Shown here: positions 1 to 8,968 of the stretch, in pieces
How positions within the stretch are numbered: the stretch's first letter is position 1
Layout: each line of letters opens with the position of its first letter
Assembly (NCBI GenBank): GCA_032718475.1
Contig: JAUCBJ010003173.1
Span: 1-64,000 of the forward strand
Source: Nemertoderma westbladi
Lineage: Eukaryota > Animalia > Xenacoelomorpha
DNA: 64,000 nt
Reading direction: 5' to 3'
Notes under the pieces: generated by a model
The model's input: the letters and a program-made list of their open reading frames with translations, nothing else
Told to the model about the DNA's origin: nothing
Database searches by the model: none
Translations under genes and position numbers: made by a program

Positions 1-2
1 TC

Positions 3-2510
3 AAGGCAATAGAGGACAAGAAACCAGAATCGACCATGGACAACCCTACAACACCCAAAGGACAGGACATGGCGAATAAGAGAACACAATCGCAGCAAAA
101 GGCATTGGGAATCGTGTGGGATAGAGGAACAGACGAACTGAAGTATCAGCTGAGCCAGGAGGGCGCAGACACCCATACGAAGAGGGGTTATGTATCGTAT
201 ATAGCAAGGATATACGATCCCCTAGGCCTAGCATCCCCATTACTAGTCACGGGGAAACAGATACTCAAGAGAGTATATAAATTGAAGGATGAGTGGGACG
301 TAGAGATACCAGAGGACATCAAGAAACAGTGGAGCAAATGGACAGGAGACTTGGAGAGGATGGGAACATACAACATGCCGTGAGTGTATTTTCCGGACGG
401 GAACATGACGAGTCTGGACCTACATATGTTCTCCGACGCGTCGTTAGAGGCATACGGAGCGGCACTCTATTTAGTACAACGAGAGGGGGCTCACAAGCCC
501 AGACTAGCCTTTAGCAAAGCTAAGTCAACGCCGCCAGATTCAGCATCTGTTCCCAAGTTAGAATTGACAGCTGCGAGACTAGGAGTTAGAGCCACAGCCT
601 ACCTAGTGGATACAATTCCCAACATAGTGGAGACACACTACTGGACGGATTCCATGGTAGTGCTTGGTTGGCTACACAACGAAAAGACGAGATACCCGAT
701 ATTCGTCGCGAATAGAGTGGACGAAATAAGGGCGAGCACAGAACTGGAAAGGTGGCACTACTGCCCAACAGACGAGAACCCAGCGGACTTGCTGTCGAGG
801 GGCGTGGAACGCCACACTTTCTTAAAGAAGGAAGCATTGTGGCAACATGGGCCACAATTTCTAAGTGATAGGGAGGCCTGGCCGCCGATGAGGAAGGTGG
901 ACCCGGGCTCGGAACCAATATCAGAGGGAGAAGAGGGAGACTCAGAGGGAGAAGAGATATACTCCCAGATGGTGAGGGAGATTAGGGACGTGCAACCAAA
1001 GCAAGAACTACGCGATAACCCGACGGACAAACTCCTCAGCTACAGTTCTAGTTGGTACAAGACCAAGAAATTAGTGGCGTACTGGAGAGCTTTCGGGAAT
1101 TTCCTCGCGGGAGTTAGTAAGGAGAAGAAAACCAGGGAAACCATAGATCTGGAAGGAGCGGCCAAGGCAATAATCCGCTATGAACAACGAAAGAACTACG
1201 GCGACGAGGTGGAACGCGTCGGCAACCAACAGCACCTCCGACGGGACAGCGAGTTGATTACGCTGTCGCCACAACTCAACGAGGATGGGATTCTAGTAAT
1301 GAATTCTAGGGTGGGATATAAAAACAGCATAGTCGTGCCACCGAAACCCATCATCATTCCCACAGAATCGCCTATAGTCCACCAGATCATATGGGACTCC
1401 CACAAATCGATACTGCATGGGGGCACCAACCGAACCCTCACAGAGATAAGGAGGACCTTTTGGGTCAAACAACTAAGGAAGAAGGTTAAAGCGGTAGTGG
1501 GGCAGTGCCAGACCTGCCGACGAGCAAAGAAGGAACGAGCCGTACAGGAGATGGCGCCACTACCGGCGAGTAGGGTAAGACAGCACGACCCGCCATTTAC
1601 GCATTGCGGTGTGGACATGTTCGGGCCGATAAAGATCAAGGTGATGCGACACACGGAGAAACGCTACGGTATTATCTTCGTATGCAACAATACACGGGCG
1701 GTAGGGATAGAACTCGCCCAAGATGCAACCGCATCAGCATTCATTAACGCCTTAGAAAGGTTTAGGGACCGCAAAGGTGGGACGATCGCAGTGATATACA
1801 GCGACAACGGCACCAACTTTGTGGGCGCAGAGAGTGAGATGGCAGAGGCCTTGGACATCTTAGAAGGAGAAGAAGTCAGGGCGGCCATGAGAAGACGACA
1901 AGTAAAGTGGGAGAGAAGGACGCCGTATGCACCACATACGCTAGGATGCGTCGAGAGACTGGTGGGCAGTTCAAAGCGCCTAATGACGAAGTTAATGAAC
2001 ACCCACATGGTCACTGAGGACGTCTTACGGACAGTACTTGCGAAGTGCGAGGGGATCATTAATAGCAGACCGCTATACCCGGAGAATGATGACCCTGACT
2101 CATTAGACGTGTTGACGCCTAGCCATTTTCTGATGGAAAGGCCAGCGACCATCGATATGCGGGGTGTAGACCCAGATGACATACACTCCCGCCAAAGTTG
2201 GAAAGTCGCTAAAGCAATAAGCGCAGAGTATTGGAGGAGGTGGGTAGAAGAATACCTACCCACGCTCCATAAGCGAAGCAAGTGGAGGAAACCGAATCGG
2301 GAGTTAAAAGTAGGAGATCTCGTAATCGTTACGGATGATACTATCATCAACAACCAGTGGCGGTTGGCGAGAGTTGTAGGCACCTACTCCGACGAGGACG
2401 GAAGAGTCCGATCGGTAGAAGTGCGGATAGGTGGAAAGATAGGTGCGAAAGACAGAAAAACCTACAGGAGAGCAGTAGGTAAATGCTGTCTTCTAGAAGG
2501 GGCACCTTAA
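3..2510 (+). pseudogene. pol: BEL/Pao Pol C-terminal part (RT end/connection, RNase H [Peptidase_A17-like], integrase, C-terminal DUF5641-like domain), interrupted by one in-frame TGA at 381-383
   Basis: Frame is open from base 3. Motifs: KALGIVWD, IYDPLGLASP, LHMFSDASLEAYGA, SVPKLELTAA, YWTDSMVVLGW, NPADLLSRG; integrase H..HGG...CQTC, GVDMFGP, YSDNGTNF, GCVERLV; WVEEYL..W...LKVGDLV. ORFs 36-383 and 384-2510 are in the same frame, separated only by TGA (MP*VYF, where Pao elements have PR). Confidence 0.93.
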
Positions 2511-2619
2511 ATTGGAGCTAGAGTGGAGTTTAGTCGTCCAAGTTTTGGACTGAGGGGGGTGGGATTGAGGGCGAGACGCCCTTCCCACACAAATAAAAAT
2601 AAAATAAAATAAAAATAAT

Positions 2620-3580
2620 AGTTAGTTAGTTAGTAGGTACGTAGTACCTAGAGTTAGTTAGTTAGTAGGTACACAGTACCTAGAGTTAGTTAGTTAGTAG
2701 GTACGTAGTACCTAGAGTTAGTTAGTTAGTAGGTACGTAGTACCTAGAGTTAGTTAGTTAGTAGGTACGTAGTACCTAGAGTTAGTTAGTTAGTAGGTAC
2801 GTAGTACCTAGAGTTAGTTAGTTAGTAGGTACGTAGTACCTAGAGTTAGTTAGTTAGTTAGAGGGTACGTAGTACCGTTAGTTAGAGTTAGAGTTAGAGG
2901 GTACGTAGTACCGATAGTTAGAGAGTTAGAGGGTACGTAGTACCAATAGTTAGAGAGTTAGAGGGTACGTAGTACCAATAGTTATTTAGAGTTAGAGGGT
3001 ACGTAGTACCGATAGTTAGAGAGTTAGTAGGTACGTAGTACCTAGTTAGAGTTAGAGTTAGAGGGTACGTAGTACCGATAGTTAGAGAGTTAGTAGGTAC
3101 GTAGTACCTAGTTAGAGTTAGAGTTAGAGGGTACGTAGTACCGATAGTTAGAGTTAGTAGGTACGTAGTACCTAGTTAGAGTTAGAGTTAGAGGGTACGT
3201 AGTACCGATAGTTAGAGAGTTAGTAGGTACGTAGTACCTAGTTAGAGTTAGAGTTAGAGGGTACGTAGTACCGATAGTTAGAGAGTTAGTAGGTACGTAG
3301 TACCTAGTTAGAGTTAGAGTTAGAGGGTACGTAGTACCGATAGTTAGAGAGTTAGTAGGTACGTAGTACCTAGTTAGAGTTAGAGTTAGAGGGTACGTAG
3401 TACCAATAGTTAGTTAGAGTTAGTAGGTACGTAGTACCTAGTTAGAGTTAGAGTTAGAGGGTACGTAGTACCGATAGTTAGAGAGTTAGTAGGTACGTAG
3501 TACCTAGTTAGAGTTAGAGCTAGTAGGTACGTGGTACCTAGTTAGAGTTAGAGTTAGGGGGTACGTAGTACCATTAGTTA
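2620..3580 (+). repeat. Internal tandem array (~29 units of ~30-36 bp), each a (TA)GGTAC-GTA-GTACC(TA) inverted repeat with GTTAG/GAGTTA spacers
   Basis: First 7 units have a 32-bp period (GAGTTAGTTAGTTAGTAGGTACGTAGTACCTA), then 5 GGGTACGTAGTACC-type units, then the two types mostly alternate. Confidence 0.95.
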
Positions 3581-4081
3581 GAGAGAGAGAGTGAGAGGTA
3601 AAAGGGGTAAAAAGGATATAGATATTAGTTAGCAGTAAGTAGAGTTAGTAGCGAGAGGGGGGCATATGAGTACAGCTGGATAAATCGTGTGGCCACACGA
3701 CGCATACTGCTGTACTGCATGGGCCCACAGAGTAGGCCAGAATATGGATCAGAGAATAGAATAAACCCATAGGCAGTAGTAGGTAGTAGGACAGTAGAAT
3801 CAAAGCAAACAAACAAAATAAATAGAATAGGGCTAAAATCGTAAAAATAGTGGCAACACAAGGAAAGTCGTTCTAGAACATAATAAAAGTAACGGACGGA
3901 AATTGTAAATTAGGCTGATTTACTAGCTTCAAAATTAATTAGGTTAAATTTAGGCTAAAAGGCACAATTAAGTAGAAAGTAGGCCATTATTGAACTGTAC
4001 GAAACATCTTAAATACTTCACTCATCTGTATTGCGCCTTGGTAAGGCACCACCCTGCAGGTGAGCGAGTGTAGTGTTCGGA

Positions 4082-6616
4082 ATGGCGAGTAAGCTGATCA
4101 GGAAGAGAAAGGCGGAGTCAGGAGGAAAATAAATATTGGTGGATTTCACCGAAAGACACCCGGAAGAGAAGACGAGAGGATACTACGAGAAGTTGGAAAG
4201 GGGTCACGCGGCACGAGCGCTGCAGGACCACTTCCGGGAGATGCACGAGCAGCGGCTGGTCGGGACCTACGGAACGCCGTCGCTGGACAACGCGATCTTC
4301 CAACACTTCCACTACGTGGTGAAAGGGGACGAGGCGAAGTTCGGGATTCCGAAGTACCCGAGGGAATCGCCGAGGAAGGACTGGAAGAGGTTCATAGAGT
4401 CCGTCAACAGAGGAGGATATATGATCCTAGATGACGACGGAACCGTGGAAGACGAAGCGGGTTCGAGACGAGGAACGGCAGGGTCGGCCAGGACCATACT
4501 CCTACATTTGGCCGCGCCAAATGGGGACATCTTCTTATTCGACCTAGGGACGTATGGGAAGAAGGACGGGCCGAAATTAGACCGATTACCGAAAGCGGTA
4601 CAAGTCCTAGTAAGGGAGAAGTCGACGACGAAAGTGGGATCGGCGATTCGCGAGGACGCGGAGAGGATCATCGGTCCGGACGCCACCAACCTCCTGGATA
4701 TGCAGAAAGTCTTTATGGCTATGACGGCACCGGATGGATTGGGGGTAGTCGAAAACACAGGCCAATGCGGGGCTGTGGCGATGGGCCAATTATTGGGGCT
4801 CGTATGCCACAAACCGATGGACTGGGGAAAGTTTAGGGAAGAATACGGAGCAGAACTAGCGAACTCGCTGAAGTGGGGAGCGAGACCGGGAAAGCAGGAG
4901 GTATATCAGTTTCGCAGAGGAGCGATAAAGGTATATCAGAAGCGATATATCCTGCAGGAGGACTGGATGATGATAAGTTTGCTTAACTTATTCATGACCG
5001 TAGTTATCGAAAGGGAACCAGGGGCATTTCTGTTATCGGGATCACCCCTAAGCTACAGGAGAGCCTTTAAAGTGGCCTTTGACGGTCTGGTAGACCACCC
5101 GGGGCTGAAGGGCGAGTCGGTGTACTACAACAGCCGACATCTGGTAGATGGGGAGACAGATACACCATATCAGAGATGGGAGCAGCTAGAGGCGGACAGA
5201 CGAGAAGCAAAGCGACTGGAAGAAGTCGCTAGACGGGAGAGGATAGAAGCAGAGGAGAGGGAAGAGGAGGCCAGGGCACAGAGTTACGGCTTCGAGGAAC
5301 AGGCGGGCCTAGACGAACTTCATTGGACTTCGTCAGGGAGTTCGGGGGAGTCTCTAGGGCGAGAATTGGGATGGACGGTGGGATCGCCGAAACAGTCGAC
5401 GTCGGGGTTGCAAACGATGCCCATACCAGCGGGCGCCGAGGGCGACCAACCGCCAAGGAAGTTAAGGGAGCTAGAGGGATGGAGAGCTACGGGCGAGAGT
5501 CAAGGCGGGAAGGGACATAGTGGATCCATCGGGATACCGGGATTGGAGACGCTACCAGAAGAGGAGGACGGCGACGACGAGTTCGGAGAGATGCCGCCCA
5601 TCGAGAGGATAGGCCACTCGGACACGGACTGGGTTGGCGGAAGGGTGGTGACAGCCAGTGGGGCGAGGGCCTTCTGGAACAGATCCGGCAAGCGGACCTG
5701 GGTGCACGAGGAGCCGGCGATGGATTTCGCGGGGAGCACCATCAGGTTGGGCGAGCAACCGGGAACGGCACCACGGATAGTATTCGGGGAGACGATGCCC
5801 GAGAGGGGCGGAGAGATCGACGTAAACAGGGAGAGCAACGTAGAGAAGTTCGCCTACCAGCGACTCCATAGACCGCGGAGATCGCTTGGGACGAAAGACG
5901 AGGTGGGACGGGAGACATTGGTACTCGGCTGCGACTACTGTGGGAGACAGACCCATCAGGAAAGCAGCTGCCTATACCGGTTCCAACGGGGAACCTTTTG
6001 TCTCTACTGTAGAGAACCAAGCCACAGGATGGGGGCGTGTCCACGGTTGCATAACCGATGTCCAAAGTGCCACTTTCGGGGACACTACGGGCGCGAGTGC
6101 GACTGGATGAGCGACGAGGAGAAGTTCACAAGATTCGAGGAGTGGGCCGACGTCGGGGCCATGACGCGCCAGCGCATGAAGGCCCAAGAGTTCAAGTGGG
6201 GTTTCTTCCTCATAAACCAGGAGACCCACATGGAAATCATAAAGCGAAGGTTACCGTTTACCTATCAAGAGGTAGCAACGGCGGCATCGTTCGCCGGAGT
6301 TATGAATACGCAACGGTACCTGGACAGGTGGACACCAGAGAACCGGAGGGAGTTTAGGGATTTCTTGGCGGAACACGTACCAAAGGCAATGAAAATGATC
6401 CTATGGGACGCCACCCGAGGGAGACAACCAGGCCATTCTGAGGGGCCACCGGCGAAGCGGTATCGGGCATTAATAACACCAGCGCCCAAGGAGCCAACGA
6501 CCGGGATCAGCAAGGAAGTGGCGGCGAAGGTCCGGAAGCAGAAAGCGGATGATGCCAGAGGAGCGGTGATAACCAAGAAACGGGCCAGGGAAGAGGACGT
6601 GAGGAGGAACAGATAA
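4082..6616 (+). CDS. Retrotransposon extra ORF: DEDDy (WRN/EXD/RNase D-like) 3'-5' exonuclease-fold domain + charged helical segment + three CCHC zinc knuckles; probable true start ATG 4082 with in-frame TAA at 4130-4132 (open from 4133 to 6616)
   Basis: ExoI-like YMILDDDG (4418-4441), TILLHLA...IFLFDL, LPKAVQVLVREKSTTKVGSAIRED (ExoII-like), LLDMQ, QKRYILQED (ExoIII-like). Knuckles CDYCGRQTHQESSC, CLYCREPSHRMGAC, CPKCHFRGHYGREC (5930-6100). No signal peptide or TM anchor seen. Same strand and purine bias as pol. Confidence 0.75.
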
Positions 6617-7288
6617 GTTCCCAGAGACGAGGGAGTGAGACTGAGACTGGAAAGTGGTGCGCCTGGAAGGCGCCGCATGGAACGTACGAACTATTAAATA
6701 CAAATTTAATTAATGCAAATAATCATATAAGTGCAATTTGTATGTACGTACGTAGTAATTAGCAGTAAAATACACGATCGGAGTAAGTACTATAGTCATA
6801 CAACCTTTCTCAACTAGCTAGTGGGACTGGGGGATAACTGACTATGGCACTGTGGACGAGACGCCAGACAATTTCACACCTCTTGAGTGCGACGGCACGA
6901 GAGGGGGGGGGAGATTCGTCAGAAGGGAAGAGACAGTCGAAGTGAGGTTGAGGGACGGAGTAATAGTGCGGAGTGCGGAGAGAGTGCCGATGCAGTTCCA
7001 GTGTGGGGGGGGGGGGGGGGAGAGTAAGAGGCTGAGTAAGGGACGAGGAGGTCCGAATGTGAGAGAGTTATGGTGAGAGTGAAGGTGAGGTAGGGCGAAA
7101 ATGTTGGGGAAACAAAAGTTGCGTGGGAGGTGAGCGCGATCGGCCCGACATGAGACGCCAGGCACACAGGGTAGCGTCATCATACCCATAGGGGGCGGCC
7201 TGGAAAGCCGACCCCGAGAGAAAAGAATTCCACCCCACACCCGATACTAGATCGGGATCCAGCGGGATTGTAACGCACTTTTAGGTTG

Positions 7289-7326
7289 ATGCTATCTTCT
7301 TACCGGGAAGATAGCATGGGGGGGAG
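7289..7326 (+). promoter_or_regulatory. 11-bp stem-loop abutting the polypurine tract (plus-strand primer site)
   Basis: ATGCTATCTTC-TTACCGG-GAAGATAGCAT (7289-7317), then GGGGGGGAG (7318-7326), then TG. Confidence 0.75.
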
Positions 7327-7867
7327 TGTTAGCTTATTCAATCCCGCCAACACCCCATAAAGTTATAAGCCGATAAGCAATATTGGGAGCCACGAGATTG
7401 GGCAATTAACCAACTCGTGCCATCCCAATAAGAGTGGGAAGGAAGCACACAATAGAGGGTCAGGGGCCAAACCCCTAACCCAGAGAGAACAGGTGGAGTG
7501 AACGGGAATACTCCACGGGGCGCCAACAAGGGTATTAACCAATCAGAGGGGGGAAAGGCATCGATTGAGTAGCAGTAAGGCCACCGTGCAATATAACCAA
7601 TAACCTATTAATCAGTGATTCAGTTATCTCAGTGTAGCAGTGCTAGCGTAGGTTAGTAGTCAATTAGTTTAGTTAGGGGATCACGGGACTTTAGTTACCG
7701 TATCCCGCCTTGTACACATTATATCTATATCTATATCCTATGCCCTATTATTATTATACACCGAACTTCAGAACTCAGTTACTCTATTTCACCCTTATAC
7801 ACGGCGGGGACGCGTGGACTAAATTACCACATCGGATAAATCGGGATCCCTCCTGGATCCCGTCACA
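7327..7867 (+). repeat. 3' LTR of the BEL/Pao element (~540 bp; alternative end TAACA at 7945)
   Basis: Starts TGTTAG right after the PPT and ends ...GTCACA. Contains CCAAT (7539) and TATAA-like (~7592) motifs and a terminal hairpin CGGGATCC-CTCCT-GGATCCCG (7842-7862). The partner LTR is not in the window. Confidence 0.65.
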
Positions 7868-8334
7868 TAGTATTTGTTTTAAGCAAAAGCAAAATGTAAA
7901 AAAATGTTACCTAAGTAGCCCTTCAGTGACACCATGTAAATAACACAGAATAGCAGAAGCAAATAGTTTTTAATCGTATTTCAATTAAAAATAATATATG
8001 AAATATTTGTAATAATAAATTTTACACGTCACACTCATTTACTCTTTTACTTCACTCGATACGCATTTAGAAATAAATTACTCCCAGTACCTTGGGTCAT
8101 GGAGAGAGCATCAGAAAAGACTATTATTTTTTATCTGGGATGCATTGCTTTCATGGCGGAGTGATGAAATTGTTAGTTCGGTTGCGCATTTTTGATTGAT
8201 GTTGGCACACACAATGATGTAGATGTAATTGTACTATCGCTATAGGCAGTATATATATATTGTTGAGCATATGTTTGCTATCCAAGCTTAGTTTTTGACA
8301 CCTGTAATTTTCCGTAAGCAATAGGAAGCTCTTG

Positions 8335-8968
8335 CGGTGTTTCGGGTTGCCTCCGGTGGTGCTGGTGTTTAGGGTTGCATCCGGTGGTGCTGGTGTTTAG
8401 GGTTGCATCCGGTGGTGCTGGTGTTTCGGGTTGCCTCCGGTGGTGCTGGTGTTTTTGGTTGCCTCCGGTGGTGCTAGTGTTTTGGGTTGCTTCCGGTGGT
8501 GCTGGTGTTTCGGGTTGCCCCGGTGGTGCTGGTGTTTCGGGTTTCTTCCGGTGGTGCTGGTGTTTTGGGTTGCCTCCGGTGGTGCTGGTGTTTCGTGTTG
8601 CTTCCGGTGATGCTGGTGTTTCGGGTTGCTTCCGGTGGTGCTGGTGTTTCGGTTTGCCCCGGTGGTGCTGGTGTTTCGGGTTGCTTCCGGTGGTGCTGGT
8701 GTTTCGGGTTGCCTCCGGTGGTGCTGGTGTTTCGGGTTGCCTCCGGTGGTGCTGGTGTTTCGGGTTGCCTCCTGTGGTGCTGGTGTTTCGTGTTGCTTCC
8801 GGTGATGCTGGTGTTTCGGGTTGCTTCCGGTGGTGCTGGTGTTTCGGTTTGCTTCCGGTGATGCTGGTGTTTCGGTTTGCCCCGGTGGTGCAGGTGTTTC
8901 GGTTTGCCCCGGTGGTGCTGGTGTTTCGGGTTGCTTCCGGTGGTGCTGGTGTTTCGGGTTTCCTCCGG
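8335..8968. repeat. GC-rich minisatellite, 27-28-bp unit (GGGTTGCCTCCGGTGGTGCTGGTGTTTC), ~22 copies
   Basis: Direct tandem periodicity of 28 bp with some 27-bp variants. Confidence 0.93.

Larger units (their letters stand above)
1..7867 (+). mobile_element. BEL/Pao LTR retrotransposon, 3' portion (pol end, hairpin array, extra ORF, PPT, 3' LTR); 5' part lies outside the window
   Basis: Pao-type RNase H and integrase motifs in 1-2510; purine-rich + strand through pol and the extra ORF; PPT GGGGGGGAG (7318-7326) directly followed by TGTTAG...; composition turns AT-rich after ...CCCGTCACA at 7867. Confidence 0.88.

Noticed and set aside
586-2383. Antisense ORFs over pol (and the similar ones over 4118-6703)
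   Set aside because: Shadows of the + strand coding frames, with no recognisable motifs.
2620-3580. CRISPR array or telomeric (TTAGG)n tract
   Set aside because: Spacers are not unique, there are no cas genes and the context is eukaryotic; the spacers are GTTAG/GAGTTA rather than TTAGG runs and lie inside a retrotransposon.
4136-6616. Envelope glycoprotein, or Gag of a nested element
   Set aside because: No signal peptide or TM segment seen; the knuckles lack the Pao Gag terminal H-x3-LH pattern, and no protease or RT follows.
6852-7076. Small third ORF before the PPT
   Set aside because: GTG start, crosses long G homopolymers, no motif; cannot be supported.
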